The notes under the pieces were generated by a model that saw nothing but the letters and a program-made list of their open reading frames with translations, was not told the DNA's origin and did no database searches. Made by a program: the position numbers and the translations under genes. From contig JBBIMK010000011.1 of the NCBI GenBank assembly GCA_037444445.1, positions 29,083 through 61,082 on the forward strand: DNA of 32,000 bases. Reading direction: 5' to 3'. Position 1 is the stretch's first letter; each line of letters starts with the position of its first letter. Positions 1-8,720 of the stretch are shown piece by piece. The DNA comes from a bacterium (GTDB taxonomy: Bacteria; UBP7; UBA6624; JBBIMK01).

Positions 1-1
1 T

Positions 2-1015
2 CCCACGGGAATTTACAAGCTGGGCATCCTGATTACGGAAGCCGTTCGGGGTGAGGGTGGGATTCTCCTCAATCAGGATAATGAACGGTTTATGGAACGC
101 TACGCACCCACGCTGAAAGACCTGGCACCCCGGGACCTGGTTTCCCGCTGTATGTACACCGAAATCCGTGAGGGCAGGGGCATTGATGGAAAGGATTACC
201 TGTATCTGGACGCCACTCATCTCGGAAGGGAAGTCATAGAGAAGAAACTTCCTGATGTGGCTGATTTCACACGAACCTATTTAGGAATTGACCCTGCAGA
301 GAAGCCCATCCCCGTCCAGCCTACTGCTCATTATATGATGGGCGGTATACCCACAGATGTGGACGGTCGGGTGATACAGGATGAAAAGAATACCCCCGTT
401 CCAGGCTTGTATGCGGCGGGAGAATGCGCCTGCGTCAGCGTTCACGGAGCAAATCGTCTGGGCACCAACTCCCTGGTGGATATTCTGGTTTTCGGGCGTC
501 GCTCAGGCCGTCACGCTGCCCTCTACGCCCGGGAGGTGGATTTACCCTCACTGCCCGATGACCCGGAACGCTACGCCCGCCAGCAAATAGAAGCACTCCT
601 GAGAAGAGAAAAAGGGGAATCGGTGGCTGAAATCCGCTCCACCCTCCAGAGCGAAATGATGGACAAGTGCTCCGTTTTCCGAACCAGCACGGATTTGCTC
701 CTCCTCCAGAAAACGATTCAGAATCTAAAGGACCAGTATCGGGGCGTGGCTATCCACGACCGTGGAAAAAAGTTCAACACGGAATTGATGGAAGCATGGG
801 AACTGGGATGCTTGCTGGAATTAGCCGATTGCACCGTCGCATCCGCACTTCAGAGAACGGAAAGCCGGGGTGCCCACTACCGTGAAGATTTCCCCAATCG
901 CGATGATGAACGCTGGCTGAAACACACCCTCGCTTATCCGAAGGAGGAGGGCTGGAACTTCCGCTACAAGCCCGTCGTCATCACCCGCTTCCCCCCCGCT
1001 GAACGAAAGTATTAA
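2..1015 (+). CDS. sdhA: succinate dehydrogenase/fumarate reductase flavoprotein subunit, C-terminal part (5' end outside window)
   Basis: The frame is open from nt 2 (PTGIYKLGILITEAVRGEGGILLNQDNERFMERYAP...), so track ORF 92..1015 starts at an internal Met. Family motifs: HYMMGGI, GLYAAGECACVSVHGANRLGTNSL, SRGAHYREDFPNRDD. No Fe-S subunit gene follows. Confidence 0.9.
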   Translation, partial: PTGIYKLGILITEAVRGEGGILLNQDNERFMERYAPTLKDLAPRDLVSRCMYTEIREGRGIDGKDYLYLDATHLGREVIEKKLPDVADFTRTYLGIDPAEKPIPVQPTAHYMMGGIPTDVDGRVIQDEKNTPVPGLYAAGECACVSVHGANRLGTNSLVDILVFGRRSGRHAALYAREVDLPSLPDDPERYARQQIEALLRREKGESVAEIRSTLQSEMMDKCSVFRTSTDLLLLQKTIQNLKDQYRGVAIHDRGKKFNTELMEAWELGCLLELADCTVASALQRTESRGAHYREDFPNRDDERWLKHTLAYPKEEGWNFRYKPVVITRFPPAERKY

Positions 1016-1085
1016 ACCGTTAAACTACTGAACTTTTGAGGCCTGCCCCCAAAAGTTCCTTTATCAAACAGGGGTGGGAAATGCG

Positions 1086-1117
1086 AAAAAATGGAGGGGA
1101 GGAGCTTGTCTCCTCCC
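1086..1117 (-). terminator. candidate intrinsic terminator (minus strand)
   Basis: 8-bp GC-rich stem GGGAGGAG (1097-1104) / CTCCTCCC (1110-1117) with a 5-nt loop. On the minus strand it is followed by CTCCATTTTTTCG. It lies ~310 nt downstream of the stop of the minus-strand gene ending at 1427. Confidence 0.35.
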
Positions 1118-1180
1118 GCCAGAATAAGCGAGACTCCAGAATTATTCAGATTGATTCTTTTCTATCCTGTCTACAAAAGA

Positions 1181-1208
1181 TTGACTTTTTTTACATTCCC
1201 TTTATATT
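1181..1208 (+). promoter_or_regulatory. sigma70-like promoter candidate with no obvious downstream gene
   Basis: TTGACT (1181-1186), 16-nt spacer, TATATT (1203-1208). A transcript from here would run antisense into the 3' end of the riboswitch-controlled gene. Confidence 0.3.
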
Positions 1209-1426
1209 ACATAATGCCAGTGAAGTTAAAGAAAGAAACCGAAATTTTTCCCCTTTACTCTCTCTCGTAGTAGCCGTTGGTGGCTGGCTTTCTGCCCTCT
1301 CTTTGCCATTTTATACCCCTTAAAAATGGGAAGATTCCCTTTCTTCGCACCCTCTTTTATCTGGCTGTCCTGATTTCCTTTATCCTCTGGATTTTCCGCT
1401 GTAGGGTCGTCCCCTGCACCAATCTA

Positions 1427-2581
1427 TTATATGGGCAGGATGACCCAGGCGAGCCAGAAGGGGGGCAAACCGGTGGAAAGGGGGGCAGATGTTTCCCACT
1501 GGTCGTTGTTTGTTCGTAAGATTCGTAAGCCGGGAGCGGATGGGTTTCTATCCAGCACGAATAGTTTATCTCCCCCGGGCGCCAAAGCAATTCTGGCAAG
1601 GTGAAATCCTTCGGAAACGAGAAGGGTCTGCTCCACCATTTTCGTAATCGGATTGAAACTCACCAGAAGGGTTTTGAAAGAAGAATCCGAGAGGATGGCA
1701 TATCCTTTGCCCGGCTGGAGAGCGAAATCTAACAAGTCTCCGCCCAGTGCTTCTTCCGTAATCAGGAAGCCGCGTGAGGAAAGGTTCACCGGGTTCACGA
1801 CTTCAATGCCCCCATCTAATACCCCGTATTCACCCGTATCCGCTACATACAGCAAGCCGTCCTGAAACAGGAGGTCAGTTCCCGCACAAGGATTTTTCCC
1901 CTGCAGGGGTATGGCATCGGGTTCCGGGGTGGAAGGATTGACATCTACGAGAGTATCCGTAGTGGCATCCACAACCGCTAAAAGGCCGTTCCCAGCAGGA
2001 GTGTAGAGATTATTCCGGTCCAGTCGCTGGATGGCGATGAATAGTCGGTTGTCGTGAAGCAGCATATAGGACATCTCAGGAAGTCCATCCGCATCAGCGA
2101 AGGGTGAGAGGTCAATTTCCTTCATAGTGGCACCATTGGTCAGGTTCATCTTGAGGAGTTCAGGACGGTCGTATCGGGAGATATAGGCGTAGTCGGGACT
2201 GATGAATTCCATATCATAGGGGTTTGAGCCAGCGCCTGTAGACCACTGGGAAGTAGTGGGCTGAAAACCCTGCCCGGGGTTCACCATCAGCACATTGTCT
2301 TGCCCCCGGCGGTTGATCACCCAGATGCGCCCTCTGTTAGAGTCATATACTGCGGTGGCATCGCTGTGTATGGGATAGTTCAGCACGGTCATCTGGTTTG
2401 TATCCATAGAATAGGTGGCATACTGGCCGGTTTGAAAATCGGTGGTGACGATGAAGGCGAATGAACTGCCCACGATGGGAGTCGGTAACGGAGGATTACC
2501 CCCGCACGCTGAGAATCCGGAAATCACCATAAACAGGCAGAGAGTGAGAACCCTCTGCCTCCTGATACAGAAAAGATACAT
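1427..2581 (-). CDS. putative lipoprotein, probable beta-propeller fold, under cobalamin riboswitch control
   Basis: 384-aa ORF. GGAGG lies 9 nt upstream of the ATG. N-terminal signal with lipobox-like ISGFSAC|GG. Recurring strand-rich blades (GRIWVINRRGQDNVLMVNP, RLFIAIQRLDRNN, LLYVADTGEYGVLDGGIEVVNP, KLFVLDRNPSAPGLRIL). Confidence 0.75.
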   Translation of the reverse strand: MYLFCIRRQRVLTLCLFMVISGFSACGGNPPLPTPIVGSSFAFIVTTDFQTGQYATYSMDTNQMTVLNYPIHSDATAVYDSNRGRIWVINRRGQDNVLMVNPGQGFQPTTSQWSTGAGSNPYDMEFISPDYAYISRYDRPELLKMNLTNGATMKEIDLSPFADADGLPEMSYMLLHDNRLFIAIQRLDRNNLYTPAGNGLLAVVDATTDTLVDVNPSTPEPDAIPLQGKNPCAGTDLLFQDGLLYVADTGEYGVLDGGIEVVNPVNLSSRGFLITEEALGGDLLDFALQPGKGYAILSDSSFKTLLVSFNPITKMVEQTLLVSEGFHLARIALAPGGDKLFVLDRNPSAPGLRILRTNNDQWETSAPLSTGLPPFWLAWVILPI

Positions 2582-2595
2582 TTTGTCTCGCCTCC

Positions 2596-2778
2596 TGCGA
2601 GATGGATTGAGTCTGGCAGGTCTCCCGGCTCCCGGTTCAGTCTACTGGCGGCGCCTTCCCACCCCGATTTTTCAGGGCAGTGGCATCTTGCCGCTTTCGT
2701 CCCCGGACACGGTGGCAGGGGCCACCCTCGCTTTCACGAGGTTCCCTTTTCAGGCTATTGCCACCAGACCCTCACCGC
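2596..2778 (-). promoter_or_regulatory. cobalamin (B12) riboswitch
   Basis: The minus-strand RNA reads GGUGGCAAUAGCCUGAAAAGGGAACCUCGUGAAAGCGAGGGUGGCCCCUGCCACCGU...GAUGCCACUGCCC...GGGUGGGAAGGCGCC...GAGCCGGGAGACCUGCCAGAC. It contains the conserved GGGAA/GUGAAA core, GCCACUG, GGGAAGGC and a B12-box-like AGCCGGGAGACCUGCC (plus coords 2611-2630). It is followed by hairpin UCUCGC-AGGAG-GCGAGA, which carries the SD, and then the ATG at 2581. Confidence 0.8.
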
Positions 2779-2780
2779 AA

Positions 2781-2789
2781 ATTATAGCA
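2781..2789 (-). promoter_or_regulatory. extended -10 promoter (TGCTATAAT) for the riboswitch transcript
   Basis: The reverse complement of 2781-2789 is TGCTATAAT, immediately 5' of the riboswitch. No convincing -35 element. Confidence 0.45.
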
Positions 2790-2843
2790 TAAAAAACTGA
2801 ACCCTCCGCGCCAGACAATCCAGTGTGCTTTTATTCTTCATGA

Positions 2844-3950
2844 TTATAGGGTTCCATTTCCCTCCAGATGGTTCAGGAGGGATTGATAAGGCGGGGGGAG
2901 AGGGATTTGAAATTTCATCGGGACGCCGGAAGCAGGATGGGAAAACTCCAGGCGATAGGCAATCAGAAATTGCCCGGGAAGGGCTATAATATGCCGAAAG
3001 AGACTGGGAGCCAGGGGTTGAAGAAGTTTTCGGGAGGAATAGAGCGGGTCGCCCACCAGAGGATGCCCTATCTCTTTGAAGTGGACTCGAATCTGATGCG
3101 TTCGTCCTGTAGAAAGCGTCGCTTCCACCAGCGTAAATCTTACCGGGCTTTTGATGCCACTTTCAGATTTCACGAAGAACCGTTTTAGAATCCGAAAATG
3201 TGTCATCGCAGGTCGCGCATAGCGGGTATGGCTGGAAATTTTCTTTCGCTCCGTTATATGTCGTCCCAGCGCCAGCCAGATTTTCCCTTCTTCACCCTGA
3301 ACTTCATAAAACCCATACTTTTTTCGCACCCGTTCCCGGATGTCTCCCCAGCATAACGCCAGATAGTGACGATGCACTTCCCGGGCTTTGAGCATTTTCA
3401 CCAGAGCAAGATACGCAGAGTCCGTCTTCGCCACTACCAGAAGGCCACCGGTATCTTTATCCAGGCGGTGAACAATTCCGGGGCGCACAGGAGCGCCGTA
3501 AGAAGAGAGGGCACCCAATCGTGCCAGCAGGGCACTCACCAGCGTATCGTTCAAATGCCCCGGTCCGGGATGAGTGGGAACACCTGCCGGCTTATTCACC
3601 ACTGCGATATTTTCATCCTGGTAAAGAATCTCGCAGGGTATCGTGGAATCCGGTTTCACTGCAACCTCTGAAATCATCGGCTTGAATGCGGTTTCCATCA
3701 CCCGGATGCGTTCGCCCGCTTTCACCCGATAGTCCGGGTCCTTCTGGCAAGAATTCACCAGCACCTGCCCTGAACGAATGAGGGCTTGCACACGGCTTCT
3801 GGAGAGGTTCTGCAGATAGGCGCCCAGCAGTTTATCCAGCCGGCTCCCCTTCTCATTTCCCTTTACGGTGAGTTCCATCGGCCCTTCCGGCAGTTTCATT
3901 TTAGCCGTTGAGCAGGTGCTTCCCCCCCCGATGGGGCCGGGGGCAGTCAT
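2844..3950 (-). CDS. rluD: RluA-family 23S rRNA pseudouridine synthase (RluD-like) with N-terminal S4 domain
   Basis: S4-like RLDKLLGAYLQNLSRSRVQALIRSGQVLVN. Catalytic motif HRLDKDTGGLLVVAKT. HQIRVH motif. The track ORF extends to 4070 but overlaps fabF. The ATG at 3950 overlaps the fabF stop as ATGA. Alternative starts at 3899 and 3878. Confidence 0.85.
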   Translation of the reverse strand: MTAPGPIGGGSTCSTAKMKLPEGPMELTVKGNEKGSRLDKLLGAYLQNLSRSRVQALIRSGQVLVNSCQKDPDYRVKAGERIRVMETAFKPMISEVAVKPDSTIPCEILYQDENIAVVNKPAGVPTHPGPGHLNDTLVSALLARLGALSSYGAPVRPGIVHRLDKDTGGLLVVAKTDSAYLALVKMLKAREVHRHYLALCWGDIRERVRKKYGFYEVQGEEGKIWLALGRHITERKKISSHTRYARPAMTHFRILKRFFVKSESGIKSPVRFTLVEATLSTGRTHQIRVHFKEIGHPLVGDPLYSSRKLLQPLAPSLFRHIIALPGQFLIAYRLEFSHPASGVPMKFQIPLPPPYQSLLNHLEGNGTL

Positions 3951-5194
3951 TCTTCCTGCATTTTCTTGAAAATGAGGCAGGCATTGTGCCCGCCGAAGCC
4001 GAAGGAATTGGTAAGGGCGATACGAACTTCCTTTCGCCGGGGAATATGGGGAACATAATCCAGGTCGCATTTTGGGTCCGGGGTTTCCAGATTCAAAGTC
4101 GGCGGGATTATTCCCTCGTTCATCGCTACGATGGTGAGGATGGATTCTGTGGTGCCCGCCGCTCCCAGTTGATGTCCAATCATACTCTTTGATGCACTCA
4201 CCGGTATCTTATAAGCATAATCGCCAAACAGACGCTTAATGGCGAGAGTTTCAATCTCATCATTGTAAGGAGTGCCGGTGCCGTGGGCATTGATGTATTC
4301 CACTTCCTCCGGCAAAACCCGGGCATCCATCAGCGCACGCTTCATACATTGATAGGCCCCTTCCCCTTCCGGGTCAGGAGCGGTGATATGGTAGCCATCA
4401 TCCGTGGAAGCGAAGCCGATGATTTCTGCGTAGATTCTGGCATTCCGTTTTCGGGCATGCTCCAGGGATTCCAGAAACAGGGCGGAGGCACCGTCGCCGA
4501 ACAGGGTTCCACTCCGGTTCCGGTCAAAGGGCCGCAGGCTCTTCGTCGGGTCTGGCTCCCATTTCTTCGCCAGCGCCCTCATCCGGGTGAACCCGGCGAA
4601 CGCCAGAGGCGTGACGCAAATTTCTGAACAGCAGACGAGGACAGCCTCCGCTCCCCCTCCCCGTATCATCCGTGAAGCCACTCCCAGAGAGATATTTCCT
4701 GTGGCGCAGGAGGTGGAGATTCCGATATTCGGACCCCTGAACCTGAAGAAGATGGCTAACAGGCCGGGAATCATATTCACCGTGGTCCTGGGAATGGCGA
4801 AGGGGGAGATTCTGTTCTTGCCCTTCAGGTGGTAACGCCCCGTCTCTTCTTCAATGGAGAACAGGCCGCCGAGGGAATTTCCACCCACCACCCCGATGTT
4901 GAACGGGTCTTCCTGGCTCCCCTCTATTCCCGCATCTCTCACCGCTTCCAGGCTCGCCGCATAAGCAATCTGCTGATGAATATCCAGGGTGGGAATGTAT
5001 TTTTTCTCCAGAAAATCTTCGGCGTGGAAGTCATTGAGGGGAGCCCCTACATTGCAGGAGAACTGCGAGGTATCAAAATGGGTGATAACTTTTATTCCGT
5101 TACGGGCGGTGGAAACCGCTTCCCATAATTTTTTCACCCCGATGCCGAAGGTGGAAACTGCTCCCATTCCTGTTATCACTACGCGTCGGACCAT
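3947..5194 (-). CDS. fabF: beta-ketoacyl-ACP synthase II
   Basis: 415 aa. VVITGMGAVS N-terminus, active-site Cys in STSCATG, His motifs INAHGTGTP and SMIGHQLGAAG, C-terminal NSFGFGGHNA. AAGGAG lies upstream of the start. Confidence 0.9.
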   Translation of the reverse strand: MVRRVVITGMGAVSTFGIGVKKLWEAVSTARNGIKVITHFDTSQFSCNVGAPLNDFHAEDFLEKKYIPTLDIHQQIAYAASLEAVRDAGIEGSQEDPFNIGVVGGNSLGGLFSIEEETGRYHLKGKNRISPFAIPRTTVNMIPGLLAIFFRFRGPNIGISTSCATGNISLGVASRMIRGGGAEAVLVCCSEICVTPLAFAGFTRMRALAKKWEPDPTKSLRPFDRNRSGTLFGDGASALFLESLEHARKRNARIYAEIIGFASTDDGYHITAPDPEGEGAYQCMKRALMDARVLPEEVEYINAHGTGTPYNDEIETLAIKRLFGDYAYKIPVSASKSMIGHQLGAAGTTESILTIVAMNEGIIPPTLNLETPDPKCDLDYVPHIPRRKEVRIALTNSFGFGGHNACLIFKKMQEE

Positions 5195-5225
5195 TCCTCG
5201 TCACACTCCTTTCGTCGCCACAGAG

Positions 5226-5234
5226 ATTATATCA
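5226..5234 (-). promoter_or_regulatory. extended -10 promoter (TGATATAAT) upstream of fabF
   Basis: The reverse complement of 5226-5234 is TGATATAAT, ~30 nt upstream of the fabF ATG in the 108-nt gyrB-fabF gap. Confidence 0.4.
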
Positions 5235-5302
5235 CAAACCTGTCACGATGTGGAGCCTGTCCCATTTCGGATTTGGGACTTCGGCGCTATTTTTCCATCG
5301 TG

Positions 5303-7243
5303 TTAGATGTCCAGGTTATGAACGGTGAGGGCGTTTTCTATGATGAACTTCTTCCTGGGCTCCACTTCCTTCCCCATCAGGATGTTGAACATCTCCGCAG
5401 CGGCACTGGCATCCTCCAGTTTTACCCGACGCAGGGTTCTGCTCTGGGGGTTCATTGTGGTTTCCCAGAGTTCGTGGGCATCCATTTCACCCAGGCCCTT
5501 GAACCGTGTTACTTCCACGCTGTCGCTTTCCTCCTTGAGGATTTTGTCTTTCTCCTCGTCGGTGAAAACATACCGCCATTTTTTCCCTTTCTTAATCCCA
5601 TAAAGGGGAGGGAGTGCGATGAAAATTCTGCCTTGCTCTATCAGGGGTCGCATGTGCTTGAAGAAGAAAGTCAGCAGAAGGGTGCGGATGTGAGCCCCGT
5701 CAACATCCGCATCCGTCATAATGATGATGCGTCCATACCGGAGGCGGGATGCGTCAAATTCCGAATGATTGCCCAGAGTTACGCCGGTTCCGATGGCAGT
5801 AATCAGAGCCTTGATTTCCTCATTATTCAGAATTTTCTCATCCGAGGCCTTTTCCACATTCAGGATTTTCCCCCGCAGAGGGAGTATGGCTTGATGCTTG
5901 CTATCCCTGCCCTGTTTGGCGTTTCCCCCCGCTGAATCGCCTTCCACGATGAAGAGTTCCGATTCTTCTGGATTTTTGGAAATGCAATCCACCAGTTTCC
6001 CGGGGAGCATGGTTCCGCCCATGAGAGCGGACTTACGGGTGAGTTCTGCGGCTTTACGAGCGGCGATTCTGGCTCTCGCCGCCATACAGCACCGGTTGAC
6101 GATGGCCCGTGCGGTTTGAGGGTTCATCTCCAGGAAGCGGTAAAACTCCGCCCCAAACAGGGTTTGAACCTGACTCTTCACCCGGGAAGTCCCCAGTTTC
6201 GTCTTCGTCTGCCCCTCAAACTGCGGTTCAGGAAGTTTCACTGAAATCACCGCAGTCAATCCTTCCCGAACATCCTCTCCGCTCAAAGAGATTTCTTTCT
6301 CCTTGATTAAATCATTTTCCTCCGCATACCGCTTGATGCAGTTGGTTAGAGCGGCTTTGAAACCCTCCAGGTGGGTTCCCCCCTCTTCGGTATGAATGTT
6401 ATTAGCGAAAGTGAGGATTCTTTCCTTCGTTCCCTGGATATACTGGAGAGCACCCTCCAGAATCAATTCCCCCTCTTCCAGGGCAAAGGAAAAGGGTGGG
6501 GTAAAGAGGGTTTCTTCCCCCTGGTCCAATTCCGTCACCAGGGCTTTCAAACCCTCCTCGGAGTGAAAAGTTTCCTCAGTTCCCGTCCGCTCATCCTTCA
6601 GCACGATTTTCAGATTCCGATTGAGGTAGGAAAGCTCCTTCAGCCGGTAGCGGATGATGGAAGAATCAAAATGGGTGACTTCCATAATGGAATCATCGGG
6701 GAGGAATGTAATCTCAGTTCCTCGTTCGTCGCTTTTCCCGACCTTCTGAACCGGAGTGATGGGCTTACCCTTCTGGTATTTCTGCTGATAGGTGAAGCCA
6801 TCCCGCCGGACGGTGGCCACGAGAGAGGAGGAGAGGGCATTCACAACGGAAACCCCAACACCGTGGAGGCCACCGGAGATGCGATACACTTTGTGCTCAA
6901 ATTTTCCACCCGCATGGAGCATGGTAAGAACCACTTCCAGGGCGGATTTCCCCGTGGGTTCGTGGATGTCCACGGGGATTCCCCTTCCGTTGTCTTTCAC
7001 GGTGGCTCGGCCATCGGCATGCAGCGTAATACAAATCTCTGTGCAGTGCCCCACCATCGCCTCATCTATAGAGTTGTCAATGACTTCATATAGAAGATGA
7101 TGAAGCCCTCGGGTGCTGGTGTCGCCGATATACATAGCGGGACGCCGACGAACCGCCTCCAGCCCCTCCAGAACGCTGATGTCTTCCGCCGTATACTCTT
7201 CTGTCTTCCCGGTATCCACCCTCTTTTCACCTCTGCCTTTCAT
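5303..7243 (-). CDS. gyrB: type IIA topoisomerase subunit B, most likely DNA gyrase subunit B
   Basis: VLEGLEAVRRRPAMYIGDT, GLHHLLYEVIDNSIDEA, DNGRGIPV, LHAGGKF, GGLHGVG, Toprim EGDSAGG and IMTDADVDGAHI, C-terminal VEPRKKFIIENA..NLDI. The track ORF runs to 7432 but overlaps the upstream gene. The Met at 7243 gives a 646-aa product with a normal N-terminus. A DUF721 gene upstream is typical gyrB context. Confidence 0.85.
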   Translation of the reverse strand: MKGRGEKRVDTGKTEEYTAEDISVLEGLEAVRRRPAMYIGDTSTRGLHHLLYEVIDNSIDEAMVGHCTEICITLHADGRATVKDNGRGIPVDIHEPTGKSALEVVLTMLHAGGKFEHKVYRISGGLHGVGVSVVNALSSSLVATVRRDGFTYQQKYQKGKPITPVQKVGKSDERGTEITFLPDDSIMEVTHFDSSIIRYRLKELSYLNRNLKIVLKDERTGTEETFHSEEGLKALVTELDQGEETLFTPPFSFALEEGELILEGALQYIQGTKERILTFANNIHTEEGGTHLEGFKAALTNCIKRYAEENDLIKEKEISLSGEDVREGLTAVISVKLPEPQFEGQTKTKLGTSRVKSQVQTLFGAEFYRFLEMNPQTARAIVNRCCMAARARIAARKAAELTRKSALMGGTMLPGKLVDCISKNPEESELFIVEGDSAGGNAKQGRDSKHQAILPLRGKILNVEKASDEKILNNEEIKALITAIGTGVTLGNHSEFDASRLRYGRIIIMTDADVDGAHIRTLLLTFFFKHMRPLIEQGRIFIALPPLYGIKKGKKWRYVFTDEEKDKILKEESDSVEVTRFKGLGEMDAHELWETTMNPQSRTLRRVKLEDASAAAEMFNILMGKEVEPRKKFIIENALTVHNLDI

Positions 7244-7314
7244 TTTTTTCCCGCAGGGAATTGCGGGCTTCCTGTGTTTTATCCGGGCATCGCCCCTGTT
7301 CCTCCATCGTTTTT

Positions 7315-8712
7315 CTATAGCCCCAGGTAAGTTAGAACTTTCTGCTCCATCCGGGGCAGTTCTTCCTGCTCGGGTGTTTCCATATAAATTCGGAGCAAGG
7401 GTTCCGTGGTGGAAGGACGAACCAGAAACCACCGTTCACCTTCAAACACGAATTTCACGCCTTGAAGGTCCCGGGCTTCCATAAGGGGTCTCCCGAGGAG
7501 TTCCAGCACAGGCTCCTCGCGAAGGCGAGCCATCAGTTCCCCCTGCTCCTTTATCGTCAGGTGAACACTCAGGCGTTTGGAATAGAACTTCCCAAAGGTA
7601 TGGCGGACTTCCGTCAGGATTTCGGATAAGGGGCGTGATTCCTGCCGCAGGAGTTCTATCAGAAGTAGGTGAGCCAGTAAGCCATCGGAAGAAGATAGAT
7701 ACCCCCGGAGCCCGAATCCACCATTCTCTTCTCCACCCATCAGAGCGTTTTTGCTTTTCATAGCCTGGATGAGATAATGGAAGCCCACGGGCGTTTCCAC
7801 GCATTCTTGATGGAAAGCCGTCGCCAGCCTGTTGAGAAAATGGGTGGTGGCGATGGTGCGAACCAGTGGACCGGAAAGACCGCGCCGGGAATAAAGATGA
7901 TAAGCCAGCAACCCCAGAATCCAGTTCTGAGGGATGAAATTCCCCTTCTCATCCACCACACCGAAACGGTCACCATCCCCGTCCAGAGCCACTCCCAGGT
8001 CTGCTCCTGCTTTTATAACCGCTTCCGACAATTCCTTGAGATTCCCCTCTGTGGGGTCGGGTGTGAGCCCGCCGAACAGCACATCCCGATAGTTGTGGAT
8101 AGAGGAAATTTCCACACCCATAGATTGAAGGGCTTTTTGGCCCACATTCCGCCCGCTTCCATACAGAGGGTCAAAAACCACCTTTAACGGGCGAACGGCA
8201 CGCCCACCCCCCCGAGGCTCCTCCACTTGCCCCAGCAGGTTCTTCAGGTATTCTTCCGAAGGAGAAAGAGGTTCCACGGGAAACACCGCAGAAGATGGCA
8301 AATTTACACCCCTTTCTTCCTCCGAAATCACCGCCTTCCATTCCTCCGGTGGCACCGGAGCACTCTCGGAGGTAAACATTTTCAGCCCCTGGTAATCCGC
8401 AGGATTGTGGCTGGCTGTGACCAGAATTCCCGCTGAAAGGCCCCATCGCTTTACTGCGAAAGCCACCTGGGGCGCAGTTACAGGCTCCGGGCACCGAAAA
8501 ACCGGTAGAAAACCTGCGAGAACTGTCACCATTCTCTCGGCGAAATCCTCCGCCATAAAACGCGTATCATACCCCACCAGCACTCCATTTACCCATCCCT
8601 TTTCCAGTAAGAACCTGGCGATGGCAGATGTGATGCGCTCGGCTTCCGCAAGGGTGAACTGACGGGCGAAAATCCCACGCACGCCCTCTGCGGTAACTTC
8701 CAGGCCCATCAT
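7315..8712 (-). CDS. alpha-D-phosphohexomutase family protein (phosphoglucomutase/phosphomannomutase)
   Basis: Phosphoserine loop TASHNPADYQGLK, metal loop DGDGDR, sugar loop GEENGG, phosphate loop RPSTTEP. The track ORF extends to 8910 across the upstream gene. The MM start at 8712/8709 follows GAGAGGGG and lies 8 nt after the upstream stop. Confidence 0.85.
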   Translation of the reverse strand: MMGLEVTAEGVRGIFARQFTLAEAERITSAIARFLLEKGWVNGVLVGYDTRFMAEDFAERMVTVLAGFLPVFRCPEPVTAPQVAFAVKRWGLSAGILVTASHNPADYQGLKMFTSESAPVPPEEWKAVISEEERGVNLPSSAVFPVEPLSPSEEYLKNLLGQVEEPRGGGRAVRPLKVVFDPLYGSGRNVGQKALQSMGVEISSIHNYRDVLFGGLTPDPTEGNLKELSEAVIKAGADLGVALDGDGDRFGVVDEKGNFIPQNWILGLLAYHLYSRRGLSGPLVRTIATTHFLNRLATAFHQECVETPVGFHYLIQAMKSKNALMGGEENGGFGLRGYLSSSDGLLAHLLLIELLRQESRPLSEILTEVRHTFGKFYSKRLSVHLTIKEQGELMARLREEPVLELLGRPLMEARDLQGVKFVFEGERWFLVRPSTTEPLLRIYMETPEQEELPRMEQKVLTYLGL

Positions 8713-8720
8713 CCCCTCTC

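Noticed and set aside
1036-1599. ORFs 1036..1323, 1277..1519 (+) and 1357..1599 (-)
   Set aside because: They have no RBS and no motifs, are pyrimidine- or low-complexity-driven, and two overlap the 3' end of the lipoprotein gene. The region is treated as non-coding (see the finding on 1016-1426).
5273-7093. Long plus-strand ORFs (5273..5935, 220 aa; 6371..7093, 240 aa; others) opposite gyrB
   Set aside because: They lie antisense to a gene with unambiguous GyrB motifs. Their products are low-complexity with no motifs and no RBS, which is typical of shadow ORFs in moderately GC-rich DNA.
7244-7432. N-terminal 63-aa extension of the gyrB track ORF, with similar extensions of the phosphohexomutase ORF (8713-8910) and rluD ORF (3951-4070)
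   Set aside because: The extensions overlap the preceding genes in another frame, are Gly/Arg/Pro-rich, and precede internal Mets that give normal family N-termini.
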